From the NCBI GenBank assembly GCA_033764015.1, contig JANRJK010000036.1, forward strand, positions 295,164 to 359,163: a stretch of 64,000 bases of DNA, given 5' to 3'. A model generated the notes under the pieces. It saw only the letters and a list, made by a program, of their open reading frames with translations, did no database searches and had not been told where the DNA came from. Shown here in pieces: positions 42,498 through 52,113 of this stretch; position 1 is the first letter of the stretch, and each line of letters starts with the position of its first letter. A program made the position numbers and the translations under genes. The stretch is from Candidatus Sumerlaeia bacterium. GTDB taxonomy: Bacteria > Sumerlaeota > Sumerlaeia > SLMS01 > JANRJK01.

Positions 42498-44240
42498 CTA
42501 CTTCACCGCCGCTTCGAGGCGCTTCTGGAGGTCGGCGTTCGCCTTGGTCTCCATCTCGCGGAGGCGCTCCGCGAACATCTTGTTCGTCTCCGGCTTCAGG
42601 CTGATGCGGGGGAAGTGCCCGCCCCAGGCTCCGGAGGCGGAGTCGACGTAGACGTCGTCGGAGGTGTCCCACTTCCGGTCCGCGCCGGCGGAGACGATGT
42701 ACTCCTGCCGGACGTCGATGCCGAAGCCCCAGCCGTCGACGCGGTCGGCGGCGAGCATGCCGAACTCGGAGAAGTCCTGTGTCTTGGCGGCCCAGACGCC
42801 GTACTTCTTGCGGTAGTCGCCGTTCATGGTTCCGAGGCGTTTCAGCTTGGGGATGGTGGAGAGGTAGCTCTCGGCGACGGCGGTCTGCGCGGCGAGCTCC
42901 TTCTCGGCGTCGAGCAGGCCCATGGTGTCCGGTTCGTCGTCGCCCCCCGAGACCACGGAGGCGACGGTGTAGCCGACGACGGCGATCACGGCGAGTCCGA
43001 TGAAGGCGGCGACCGCGAGGCGGATCTTGTCCGCGGAGGAGCCCTTCGCGCCGGGGGGCGCCACCGGACGCGGGGCGGACGATGCGGAGGACTTGGGAAT
43101 CGGCGCCGGCGCCGGGGCCAGAGCCGGGGGCGGGGCGCCGCCCTCCGGCACCGGGGCGTCTGGGTAGCCCATCGAAACAGCGGCGACCGGGGGTGCGGCC
43201 CTCCCGGCCTGGTCGGAGTGGGCGCGCTCCGAATACATCGGGACCGGGGGGGGCGGCGTGAACGCCGGCGCCACGGGGGCGTGGCGGCCCGTCTCCTCCT
43301 GCGAGCTGTCGCCGTACTGCGGGAGGGCCGGGATGCTGCCGGGCGAGGGCGTGGGCTCGTCGGGGTAGGAGAAGTCCTCGGGGCCGCCGGCGGCCTGCTG
43401 GCCATCCTGCGGCTGCGCCTGCTGGTAGGCCGCGAACAGGTCGTTCGCGGCGCGGTCGAGGCGAGTCTGGAGCGCGGCGAGGTTGACCGGGCGCTCCTCC
43501 GGGTCCTTGGCCAGCATCTCCATCAGGAGTTCGAGGACCGGGTCGGTGAGGTACTCGGCGGGGGTGTCGAAGTTGATGGCGTCGCCCTGGATCGACTCCG
43601 CGAGGGACATCGGATCGTCGGCCCAGTGCGGCGGGAGGCCGCAGATGAGGTAGTAGAGCGTCGCGCCGAGGCCGTAGACGTCCGCGGCTTCGTCGAGTTC
43701 GAGGCCCGCGACCGCTTCGGGCGGCGCGAAGGGGAGCACCGAGATAAGGGCGGGGTTGAGGATGCCGCCGGAGCACTTGGCGAGGAGGCCTCCCCAGCCG
43801 GCGTGGAGCAGCTTCGCCTGCTCGTTCTCGTTGATGAAGACGGAGGCGGGCGAGATGAGGCGGTGGGTCTGCTTGTGCTTCTGGAGCGTGATGAGGGAGT
43901 CGATGACTTGCACGCCCCAGTTGAGGGCGACGGGGGCCGGGGGCAGGCCGACGCTGACGGCGCGGCGCCCGATGTGGTCGCCTTCGAGCCACTCGTAGAC
44001 GGCCCAGTACTGGCCGTCGGACTCGCCCCACTCGACGGGCGCGCAGACGCGGGAGGCGGCGGCGTTGCGCAGCGCCTGCATTTCCGCCTTGCAGCGCGCC
44101 CAGGCCGCCGGGTCGGCGATTTGGGAGGTGGGCACCGCGGCGAGCCAGTGACGCTGCTGGTTGGCGTTGAACGCCTGCCAGGACGTCACGAGGCCGTTGC
44201 TCGCGAGCTGTTCACCGATGGTGAAGGAACCGAACGACAA
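42498..44240 (-). CDS. Membrane-anchored Ser/Thr pseudokinase with C-terminal GspG/pseudopilin-like domain
   Basis: Kinase scaffold retained (YEWLEG, FAPPE, ADVYGLGATLY, DPEERP). Catalytic motifs lost: no Gly loop or VAIK, HRLISPAS, HAG. Pro-rich linker, TM, then DGWG...IVSAGADRKWDTSDD. TTG start with GGAGG SD. Confidence 0.8.
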   Translation of the reverse strand: MSFGSFTIGEQLASNGLVTSWQAFNANQQRHWLAAVPTSQIADPAAWARCKAEMQALRNAAASRVCAPVEWGESDGQYWAVYEWLEGDHIGRRAVSVGLPPAPVALNWGVQVIDSLITLQKHKQTHRLISPASVFINENEQAKLLHAGWGGLLAKCSGGILNPALISVLPFAPPEAVAGLELDEAADVYGLGATLYYLICGLPPHWADDPMSLAESIQGDAINFDTPAEYLTDPVLELLMEMLAKDPEERPVNLAALQTRLDRAANDLFAAYQQAQPQDGQQAAGGPEDFSYPDEPTPSPGSIPALPQYGDSSQEETGRHAPVAPAFTPPPPVPMYSERAHSDQAGRAAPPVAAVSMGYPDAPVPEGGAPPPALAPAPAPIPKSSASSAPRPVAPPGAKGSSADKIRLAVAAFIGLAVIAVVGYTVASVVSGGDDEPDTMGLLDAEKELAAQTAVAESYLSTIPKLKRLGTMNGDYRKKYGVWAAKTQDFSEFGMLAADRVDGWGFGIDVRQEYIVSAGADRKWDTSDDVYVDSASGAWGGHFPRISLKPETNKMFAERLREMETKANADLQKRLEAAVK

Positions 44241-44273
44241 GGGAGCCGCCTCCGGGCAGGGGGGTGCGGGAGT

Positions 44274-44301
44274 ACTATACCGAAGCGCGCAGGTTATTCA
44301 A
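44274..44301 (-). promoter_or_regulatory. Near-consensus sigma70 promoter for the pseudokinase (possibly also uvrA)
   Basis: TTGAAT (44296-44301), 16 nt, TATAGT (44274-44279). Confidence 0.6.
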
Positions 44302-44415
44302 GGGGCCGCAACGAGGCTTCGAGCCGCAACGGGATAGTGGACCCGGGGAGCCCCACGAGCCGGTTGCCCCGACTCCGGAGCCGTTGGTGAATCGTTCGAC
44401 AAGGAGCCGCGAGCG

Positions 44416-45642
44416 ATGGAAACCGGAACAGTGTGCAGGAACCAGGAGATCTCGGAGCGCGCGGACCGCGCCCTGATGGACACCTACGGCCACCGCGACG
44501 TCGCCATCGTCCGCGGCGAGGGCGCGTACGTCTGGGACGCGGACGGCAAGCGCTACCTGGACTTCCTGGCCGGGATCGCGACGAACAACCTGGGGCACTG
44601 CCACCCGGCGATCTCCGAGGCGATCGCGAAGCAGGCCGGCCGCCTCCTGCACGTTTCGAACATCGTGCTGATCGAGGAGCAGGTGGAGCTGGCGGAGATC
44701 CTCCTCTCCGAGACCGGCATGGACCGTGCCTTCATCGCGAACACGGGGACCGAGGCGGCGGAGTGCGCGATCAAGCTGGCGCGCATGGCGGGGCTGCGGA
44801 AGTCGCCGGAGCGCGACACGATCATGGTGTTCACGGGCTCCTTCCACGGGCGCACCTTCGGGGCGCTGTCGGCCACGCACGAGCCGAAGTACCGGGAGGG
44901 CTTCGGCGGGATGCTGCAGGGTTTCCGCTTCGCCGAGTTCAACAGCCTCGCGGACGTGGACGCGAAGTGGGACGAGCGCATCTGCGCGGTGATGCTGGAG
45001 CCGATCCAGGGGAACAGCGGCGTCGCGACGGCCTCGAAGGAGTTCCTGACCGGGCTGCGCGAGCGCTGCACGCGCCGCGGCGTGCCGCTGGTGCTGGACG
45101 AAGTGCAGTGCGGCATGGGGCGCTCGGGGCGCTCCTTTGCCTACCAGCACGCGGGGATCGAACCGGACGTGCTGCTGCTGGCGAAGGCGCTCGGCGGGGG
45201 CATCCCGATCGGCGCGACGCTCGCACGGGGCGAGTACGCGGAGGTCTTCCACAAGGGGCAGCACGGCACGACGTTCGGCGGCAACCCGCTGGCGTGCGCG
45301 GTGGCGTGCGTGGCGGCGCGGATGCTGTTCGACTTCGAACTGCACGAAGAGGTGGGCCGCCTCGGGTGCCGGCTCTGGGGCCATATGCTCGAGGTCCAGA
45401 AGCGGATGCCGGACATGATCGACCACATGCGCGGCAAGGGCCTGATGCTGGGGCTGGTGCTGAATCGCTCCGCGCTGCCGTTCCCGAAGATCGCGCTGAA
45501 GCACGGGCTGCTGATCACCGGCGCGGGCGGCAATGTGGTGCGCCTGGTGCCGCCGCTGATCGTGACCGAGGACCAGATCGACGACGGCGCGCGGCGCATC
45601 GAGGCGGCGCTGCGCGAGCTGGCGGAAACGCCCGCGACCTGA
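44416..45642 (+). CDS. argD: Acetylornithine aminotransferase (class III PLP)
   Basis: YLDFLAGIA..LGH, FHGRTFG, EPIQG, DEVQCGMGR, AKALGGG and HGTTFGGNP motifs. Confidence 0.9.
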   Translation: METGTVCRNQEISERADRALMDTYGHRDVAIVRGEGAYVWDADGKRYLDFLAGIATNNLGHCHPAISEAIAKQAGRLLHVSNIVLIEEQVELAEILLSETGMDRAFIANTGTEAAECAIKLARMAGLRKSPERDTIMVFTGSFHGRTFGALSATHEPKYREGFGGMLQGFRFAEFNSLADVDAKWDERICAVMLEPIQGNSGVATASKEFLTGLRERCTRRGVPLVLDEVQCGMGRSGRSFAYQHAGIEPDVLLLAKALGGGIPIGATLARGEYAEVFHKGQHGTTFGGNPLACAVACVAARMLFDFELHEEVGRLGCRLWGHMLEVQKRMPDMIDHMRGKGLMLGLVLNRSALPFPKIALKHGLLITGAGGNVVRLVPPLIVTEDQIDDGARRIEAALRELAETPAT

Positions 45643-45646
45643 CCCG

Positions 45647-46459
45647 GTGGCAAGCGCGCGCCCGAGGGCGCTCACGATCGCGGGCAGCGACAGCGGCGGC
45701 GGCGCCGGCGTCCAGGCGGACCTGAAGGCGTTCCAGGCCAACGGCTGCTACGGCCTTACCGTCCTCGCCGCGCTGACCGCGCAGAACACGCTCGGCGTGC
45801 AGGCGATCCACGACGTGCCGCCGGAGTTCGTCGCGGCGCAGCTCGACAGCGTGCTCGCCGACATCGGCGCGGACGCGGCCAAGACGGGGATGCTCTCGCG
45901 CCCCGAAGTGATCGAGGTGGTCGCGGAGCGGTTGCGGCGCTTCGGCGTGCGGAACCTCGTGGTCGATCCCGTGATGGTCTCGAAGAGCGGCCACCGGCTG
46001 CTGCGGCCCGAGGCGGTCGACGCGCTAAGGCGGCGGCTGCTGCCGCTGGCGGAGTTGGCGACCCCGAACCTCGAAGAGGTCGCGGACCTTGTGGGGCAGC
46101 GCCCCGCGAACGAGGCGGAAATGCTGGAGGCGGCGAAGGCGGTGCGCGCGCTGGGCCCGCGCGCGGTGCTGGTGAAAGGCGGGCACCTCGGCCCGGAGGC
46201 GCCGCACTCGAACGACGTGCTTTGGGACGGCGTGGCGGCGACGGTTCTGCCGGGGCGGCGGCTGGCGGCGGTGCACACGCACGGGACAGGGTGCACGCTG
46301 AGCGCGTCGATCGCGGCGCAGCTCGCGCACGGGCGTCCGCTGGCGGAGGCGGTGGCGAACGCGAAGCGCTACCTCGAGGGCGCGATGGAGCGGGCTTGGC
46401 CGCTGGGCGGCGGCATCGGGCCGGTGGACCACGCATGGAACCTGTCCGGTTTCGCTTGA
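45647..46459 (+). CDS. thiD: Hydroxymethylpyrimidine/phosphomethylpyrimidine kinase
   Basis: TIAGSDSGGGAGVQADLK, TAQNT, KTGML, DPVM, TPN..E, KGGH and THGTGC motifs. Confidence 0.96.
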   Translation: MASARPRALTIAGSDSGGGAGVQADLKAFQANGCYGLTVLAALTAQNTLGVQAIHDVPPEFVAAQLDSVLADIGADAAKTGMLSRPEVIEVVAERLRRFGVRNLVVDPVMVSKSGHRLLRPEAVDALRRRLLPLAELATPNLEEVADLVGQRPANEAEMLEAAKAVRALGPRAVLVKGGHLGPEAPHSNDVLWDGVAATVLPGRRLAAVHTHGTGCTLSASIAAQLAHGRPLAEAVANAKRYLEGAMERAWPLGGGIGPVDHAWNLSGFA

Positions 46460-46483
46460 TCCGCGGAAACGTTCGTTTACTTT
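46456..46483 (+). promoter_or_regulatory. Candidate promoter with overlapping palindromic TetR operator
   Basis: TTGATC, 16 nt, TACTTT. Inverted repeat GGAAACG-TT-CGTTTAC (46465-46480) lies across the spacer and -10. Confidence 0.55.
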
Positions 46484-46507
46484 CCCCCTAGCACACCGGA
46501 GAGCACC

Positions 46508-47092
46508 ATGGCGCGTCCCGTGAAATTCAAGGTCCCCCTCGAACGCGCGGCGCTCGAGCTCTTCGTCGAGCAGGGCGTGGACGGCACGAGCATCCGCGAC
46601 ATTTCGCAGCGCGCCGGCGTGACCGAGGGCGCGCTGTACCGGCACCATCCGAGCAAGGACGCGCTGGTGCGGGCGCTGTTCCTGCAGCACCTCGCGGGCT
46701 TCGCGGAGGCGATGCGCGCGGCGGTGGAGCACGAGGCGACCGCGGCGGGGAAGCTCCGCGCGATGATCCGCCGCTTCCTCGAATTCCACGACGCGGACCC
46801 GGCGGTGTTCGAATTCCTCCTCATCACGAGGCACCGGGTGCTGGATTCGGTCCGGCAGGACACGGAGTCGCCGGTGGACACGCTGGACCGGGTGATGGCG
46901 GAGGGGATGGAGCGCGGCGAGTGGCCGCGGCAGGATGTGACGATGGCGTCGGAGCTCTGCTTCGGGCTGGTGACGCAGATGGCGGTGGCGGCGCGGTTCG
47001 GGCGGCTCGCGCGCCCGCTGGCGGGGATGTCGGAGGACCTGTTCGCGGCGTGCGTCGCGGTGCTGCACCGCGGATCGGCCCGCCCGGCGTGA
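46508..47092 (+). CDS. TetR/AcrR family transcriptional regulator
   Basis: AALELFVEQGVDGTSIRDISQRAGVTEGALYRHHPSKDAL HTH. Confidence 0.93.
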   Translation: MARPVKFKVPLERAALELFVEQGVDGTSIRDISQRAGVTEGALYRHHPSKDALVRALFLQHLAGFAEAMRAAVEHEATAAGKLRAMIRRFLEFHDADPAVFEFLLITRHRVLDSVRQDTESPVDTLDRVMAEGMERGEWPRQDVTMASELCFGLVTQMAVAARFGRLARPLAGMSEDLFAACVAVLHRGSARPA

Positions 47093-48723
47093 CCGACGGC
47101 CCGGAGCCGCGGATCCCGCGCGCGGCGTGGTGGGCGCTCGGCGCGCTGTGGGTGGCCTACGCGGCGCTGAAGAGCACGCTGTGGGGCCTGACCTACTGGG
47201 ACTTCGGCGACGGCAACTACCTCTACATCGCGCGGCGCATCAACGAGGGGCTGACGCTGTACCGCGACATCCTCGCGCCGCAGCCGCCGCTGCACACGCT
47301 GTCGGGCATGGCGGCGCTGCGGGCGGGGGAGGCGCTGCCGGGGAACGAGCTGCTCGGCGTGCGCGTGTTCTCGCTGCTGGTGCGGATCGCTCAGTCGCTG
47401 TTCGTGTTCCTCGTGGCGTGGCGCGCGTTCCGGCACGCGTGGACGGCGCTGGTCGCGGCGCAGACGTACCTCTTCATGCCGATCGGCTTCTGGTGGGGTC
47501 TCTGCTACCAGAGCGAGAACCTCGAGATCGTGTTCCTGATGGCGGCGGTGTGGCTGCTGCTGGAGTGGACGCCGCGCCGCGCGGCGCTGGCGGGGGCGGC
47601 GAGCGCGCTCGCGATGCACTGCAACATGACGGGGGTGCCGTTCTTCCTGGTTAACGTGGTGTTCCTGCTCTGCCGGCGCCCCAGGCTGGCGATCCCCTAC
47701 GCGGGGGCGGCGCTCGGGGTGTGGGGCGCGGGCGCGGGGCTGGCGCAGGCGCTCACCGCGGGGTACTACCTGGACAACGTGGTGCTGAACCAGGTCGGCA
47801 CGTTCCCGCGCACGGACATCCTCCAGCTCTCGAACCCCGGCGCGACCTTCTGGACGTATGTGATGGAGAAGGTGCCGCGCGAGTTCCGCAACGTGATGGA
47901 CCTGGAGCTGGGCCTGCTGATCGCCGCGGCGGCGGGATTGGCGCTGCACGTGGGCGACCGCTCCGCGGCGTGGGGGAAGGCGGCCGGCGAGGCGGACCGC
48001 GGCGAGTGGCACCGGCGAGAGTTCCTCGCGTGGAGCGCGATCGGCGGCGTGCTGTCGATCTGCTTCACGGCGAAGGGCGGAACGGTGAACTACATCTTCG
48101 TGCTGGGCGAGCCGCTGCTGGCGGTGTTCGCCGCGCTGGCGTTCACGCGGCTGGTGGACTGGGCGTGGCCGGCGGGGCTTTGGCGGACGCTGGGCTTCGG
48201 CAACACGCAGGCGTTCCTGCGCGCGCTGTTCCCGGCGGCGGCGCTGGCGCTCGCGTGGGCGCCCGCGGTGCGAAACATCTCGTTCACGTTCCGCGAGATC
48301 CAGTCGGAGCTGCCGGAGGCGGAGGTGCTCGCGCTGCGCGACGCGATCGCGACGTATGCGAAGCCCGGCGACACGATCCTGGCGCCGCCCTTCTATGCAT
48401 ACATCACGGGCACGCGCGTGGCGGGCGAACTGGCGGAGAACTACATCTGGCAGATCAAGTACATGAACGAGCGCTTCGACCGCGAGGAGGGGCTCGCGGT
48501 GCGCAAGATGGAGGAAGTGGCGCACCTGCTGGAGCGGCGGGAGGTGGCGTTCGTGGTGCTCGACATGGACCAGACGGGGCGAGTCCCCGAGGTGGCCGCG
48601 GCGATCGCGGCGCACTACCGGGAGATCGAGCCGCAAGCGCTCCGCACCCGGAACACCACGCTGCGCCTGTACATTCCGGCGCACGAGGAGATCCGGCACC
48701 GCAGGCTTCTGGCGGAGCGGTAG
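47089..48723 (+). CDS. GT-C fold-like membrane glycosyltransferase
   Basis: DFGDGNYLYIARRI.EG..LYRD....PP loop after TM1, multiple TMs, periplasmic C-terminus. GTGA overlap with TetR. Confidence 0.7.
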   Translation: MTDGPEPRIPRAAWWALGALWVAYAALKSTLWGLTYWDFGDGNYLYIARRINEGLTLYRDILAPQPPLHTLSGMAALRAGEALPGNELLGVRVFSLLVRIAQSLFVFLVAWRAFRHAWTALVAAQTYLFMPIGFWWGLCYQSENLEIVFLMAAVWLLLEWTPRRAALAGAASALAMHCNMTGVPFFLVNVVFLLCRRPRLAIPYAGAALGVWGAGAGLAQALTAGYYLDNVVLNQVGTFPRTDILQLSNPGATFWTYVMEKVPREFRNVMDLELGLLIAAAAGLALHVGDRSAAWGKAAGEADRGEWHRREFLAWSAIGGVLSICFTAKGGTVNYIFVLGEPLLAVFAALAFTRLVDWAWPAGLWRTLGFGNTQAFLRALFPAAALALAWAPAVRNISFTFREIQSELPEAEVLALRDAIATYAKPGDTILAPPFYAYITGTRVAGELAENYIWQIKYMNERFDREEGLAVRKMEEVAHLLERREVAFVVLDMDQTGRVPEVAAAIAAHYREIEPQALRTRNTTLRLYIPAHEEIRHRRLLAER

Positions 48724-48732
48724 TCCCGGTTC

Positions 48733-49836
48733 CTACAAGTAGCGCTGGTAGATCTCCAGCGTCCGTTCCGCCATGCGTTCGAGGCCGAAGTCGCGCACGC
48801 GCCCGCGGCCCGCTTGGGCGATGCGGCTGCGCAGGCCGGGGTCGCGGAGAAGGCCGACGCATTCGCGGGCGAAGGCGTCGGGATCGCCGCCCGGGGCGAC
48901 CAGGCCGTCGGCGCCGTGGGTGATCTGCTCGCGGGCGCCGCCGACATCGGACGCGACCACGGGGCATCCGAACAGCATCGCTTCAAGGACGACGTTGCTG
49001 AAGCCCTCCTTGAGGCTCGGCAGGATCGCGGCGTCGGCGGCCGCGTAGAGGTCGTGCACATCGTGGCGCGTGCCGAGGAAGCGCACCGCGTGCGCGACGC
49101 CGAGTTCCGCGGCGAGGGCCTCGAGGGGGGCGCGCTCCTCGCCGTCGCCGACGACGATCCAGCGCGCGCCGGGCGCATCGCGGAGGATCGCGGGGAGCGT
49201 GCGGAGGAACGCGCGGTGGCCCTTCTGCGGATGCAGGCGGGCGACGTGCAGCAGCGCGAGGTCGCCGGGCGCGAGGCCGAGCTCCGCGCGGACTTCGGAG
49301 CGCGGCCGCGTGGCGGGGGCGTCGAGGTCGATGCCGTTGTGCAGCACGTCGAAGCGCTCCGGCGGGAGGCGGAGGCGCTGGGCGAGGTCCTGGCGGACCG
49401 CTTCGCTGACGGCGAGGTACGCGTGGCGGAGCGGCATCAGCATGCGGTCCGTGCGCGCCTGCGACGGGCGACGGTACTGGGCGACGTTGTGCGCCTGCGC
49501 GATGCGGACGGGGACGCGGGCGAGGAACGCGGCGGGGGCGGCGGGGGCGGCGGCGCTGTACATGTGCGCGTGGACCACGTCGAAACGGCGCTCGCGGAAG
49601 TAGCGCGCAAGTTTCCACACCTCGGCGGGCTGGAGCCTGCCCTCGACCGGCAGGACGGTGACGGGCACGCCGAGTTCGCGGCGGAAGCGCTCCGCGAGCT
49701 CGCCCTCGGAGCGGATCGCGCAGACCTCGCAGTCGGCGCCGCGTTCGCGGAGGAGCGGGAGCAGCTGCATGAGGCGCCGCTGCACTCCACCCATCCACAG
49801 CGCGTTGATCACGCGGCAGACGCGCAGGCGGCGCAT
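48733..49836 (-). CDS. Glycosyltransferase family 4
   Basis: GGVQR, VHAH, HNGID, VARLHPQKG and PSLKEGFSNVVLEAM motifs. Confidence 0.9.
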   Translation of the reverse strand: MRRLRVCRVINALWMGGVQRRLMQLLPLLRERGADCEVCAIRSEGELAERFRRELGVPVTVLPVEGRLQPAEVWKLARYFRERRFDVVHAHMYSAAAPAAPAAFLARVPVRIAQAHNVAQYRRPSQARTDRMLMPLRHAYLAVSEAVRQDLAQRLRLPPERFDVLHNGIDLDAPATRPRSEVRAELGLAPGDLALLHVARLHPQKGHRAFLRTLPAILRDAPGARWIVVGDGEERAPLEALAAELGVAHAVRFLGTRHDVHDLYAAADAAILPSLKEGFSNVVLEAMLFGCPVVASDVGGAREQITHGADGLVAPGGDPDAFARECVGLLRDPGLRSRIAQAGRGRVRDFGLERMAERTLEIYQRYL

Positions 49837-51230
49837 CAATCCGCGTCCTTGTCCACGCCCGACTCGTCGCCGACGGAGGCGTCCCAGAGGCGCTTGAAGG
49901 CTTCGCCGGAGGCGCCCTTCTCGGCGCGGCGCCGGGCCTCCTTCTCGAGGTTCTCGCGCGCGTGCAGGATGAGCGCGTTGACGTAGTTGCGCACGTCGGA
50001 CACGTGGGTGAGGAAGCTGGACATCAGCTCCTCGCCCTTGAGCTTCCCCTCGGCGAACTGCTCGAGCGCCTCGGACTTGAGCACCGAAAGGCGCGTGCGC
50101 ACTTGCATGAGGTCGCCGAGGTCGAGGGTGGCCTGCGACTCGATCTCGAGGGCGCGGCGTTCGAGGGCGGTGACTTCGGAGAGGTACTTCTCGAAGCTGT
50201 TGGCGTTCCGGGAGACGCTCCAGCGCCAGAGGAGGAAGAGGGCGACGGCGATGGAGACGAGGAAGCTGCGGAGGTTCTCGAAGAACTCGATGCGGTCGGA
50301 GGTGAGGAGGGGCAGGTTGCGCTCGGCGTAGCGCATCGTGCCGGGGTGGACGGGGTACTCGGGGTTGGCGAGGAGGCCGTCGTCGCTGAAGTCGTGGAGG
50401 TCCGCGGCGCGGGCGAAGCGCCCGTCGTATAGGATTTCGAGGATGGCCTTCGCGGCTTCCGGGGAGACCGACTCGTGGGCGACGAGGAGGAGTCGGTTGG
50501 CGACGGTTTGGACGTCCTGCGGGGGCATCGGGGGGACGGCGCCGTAGGCGAAGGCGGGGATCCGGGCGGAGGTGACGGCGTAGTCCCGGAGGGCGAGGCT
50601 TTCGCCGAGCGGGATCGGCATCAGCCGGTAGCCGTAGCGCGCGATCATGTCCTGCGCCACCGGCGATGGCAGGGAAGAGACCATGAAGGCCGCGTCGGGG
50701 AGCTCCTCGGGGGGAAGAGCCTCCAGGTTCTCGTAGGAGAGCGCGAGGTCGGTGTAGTCCGCCCCGGCCTTGAAACCGATGAAATCGAGGACGGTGGCGG
50801 AGAGGGCGCGGGTGCCGCTGCCCTGCGTCGAGAGGCTGACGCGCTTGCCGCGGAGCGCGGCGAGGCCTTCCGCCGGGTCGATCCCCTCGCGCACAAGGAG
50901 GTGGAGCGGCTCGGGATAGAGGCTCGCGACCTGCATAAGACCGGGGAGTTCGCGGCGCCCGCCTTGGATCAGGGCGAAGTCGAGGGTTCCGTCGGCGACC
51001 CGCTCCACCGCGTCCCGGGAGCCTTCGGTGGGAACAACCCGTAGCTGGACGCCGGCCTGGGCGGCGGTGGCGGAGAGGATCTCCGCGAGTTCGTGGCGGC
51101 GGCCGAGGGGGCTGCCGGCGGTGATCGTGAGGGAGACCGCCTCCTCCTTGCGGCTGTCGAGGAAGAAGGCGAGCGCGCTCGCGAGCGCGAGCAGCGCGAG
51201 GACCGCGAAGATGCGAATGCGCCACTGCAT
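49836..51230 (-). CDS. TAXI-family solute-binding protein with C-terminal TM and helical tail
   Basis: TEGS.D, DFALIQ, LYPEPLHLLVR, GKRVSL..QGSGTR and PVHPG..RY motifs; extra TM and charged helical C-terminus. Confidence 0.8.
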   Translation of the reverse strand: MQWRIRIFAVLALLALASALAFFLDSRKEEAVSLTITAGSPLGRRHELAEILSATAAQAGVQLRVVPTEGSRDAVERVADGTLDFALIQGGRRELPGLMQVASLYPEPLHLLVREGIDPAEGLAALRGKRVSLSTQGSGTRALSATVLDFIGFKAGADYTDLALSYENLEALPPEELPDAAFMVSSLPSPVAQDMIARYGYRLMPIPLGESLALRDYAVTSARIPAFAYGAVPPMPPQDVQTVANRLLLVAHESVSPEAAKAILEILYDGRFARAADLHDFSDDGLLANPEYPVHPGTMRYAERNLPLLTSDRIEFFENLRSFLVSIAVALFLLWRWSVSRNANSFEKYLSEVTALERRALEIESQATLDLGDLMQVRTRLSVLKSEALEQFAEGKLKGEELMSSFLTHVSDVRNYVNALILHARENLEKEARRRAEKGASGEAFKRLWDASVGDESGVDKDAD

Positions 51231-51383
51231 GGGGTCCGCTCCTGGGCGCCGGGTCGCCGCCGCCGTCGGGCCATGCTGGGCGCGCGGCCGCGGCGGGACG
51301 CCACCGGATTCCGCAAGAAACGCTTGGCCCCCGCGCCGCGGCGGGCGGTCCTAGGCCGGACTCGACGCACCCCGCGGGACCCC

Positions 51384-52088
51384 ATGAACCTGATAGTCTT
51401 CGACATCGACGGCACGCTCACCGACACCAGCGCGGTGGACGAGGAGCTTTACTTCGCGGCGCTGCGCGAAGCGTGGAAGGTGGAACCGGAGCAGTGCGCC
51501 TGGGGCGCGTTCGAGAACGTGACCGACTCGGGCGTGGCGGAGGAGATCTTCGCGCGCGGCGCGCTCGAGTGGCCCCGCGAGGAGGCGCTGCGGCGCCTGC
51601 ACCAGCGCTTCATCTACCTAATGAAGAAGGAGCACGCGGCGAATCCGGCGCGCTTCAACGAGGTTCGCGGCGCGGGCGCGGCGGTGGAGGGGCTGCGGCG
51701 GCGCCCGAACTGGACCGTGTCGCTGGCGACCGGCTGCTGGCGCGACAGCGCGCGGTTCAAGCTCTGGGCGTCCCGGATCAGCCTCGGCGGCATCCCGATG
51801 GCCTGCGCGGAGGACTCGATCCGACGCGTCGAGATCGTGAAGGATTCGATCCGCCGCGCGAAGGAGCTTGCCGATGGACAGGAGTTCGACCGCGTGGTGA
51901 TGTTCGGGGACGGCGACTGGGATGTGCGCGCCGCGCGCGAGCTGGGCCTGCCGCTGGTCGGCGTGGGTTCCGGCGCGCGGGCGGAGAAGCTGCGCGCGCT
52001 GGGCGTCTCGCACGTGCTCGAAGACTATTCGCTGCCCGCCAAGACGGAAGAGGCGCTGAAGGAAGCGCAGGTCCCGGCGGCGGTCTGA
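51384..52088 (+). CDS. HAD-superfamily hydrolase
   Basis: VFDIDGTL, ATG and GDGDWD motifs. Confidence 0.9.
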   Translation: MNLIVFDIDGTLTDTSAVDEELYFAALREAWKVEPEQCAWGAFENVTDSGVAEEIFARGALEWPREEALRRLHQRFIYLMKKEHAANPARFNEVRGAGAAVEGLRRRPNWTVSLATGCWRDSARFKLWASRISLGGIPMACAEDSIRRVEIVKDSIRRAKELADGQEFDRVVMFGDGDWDVRAARELGLPLVGVGSGARAEKLRALGVSHVLEDYSLPAKTEEALKEAQVPAAV

Positions 52089-52113
52089 CCCCCCACCCCC
52101 CGCAGGCCCCCGA

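Noticed and set aside
42498..44240. Calling the degenerate kinase a pseudogene
   Set aside because: Full-length open frame, native codon usage, SD and promoter present, and structural motifs selectively kept; a pseudokinase fits better.
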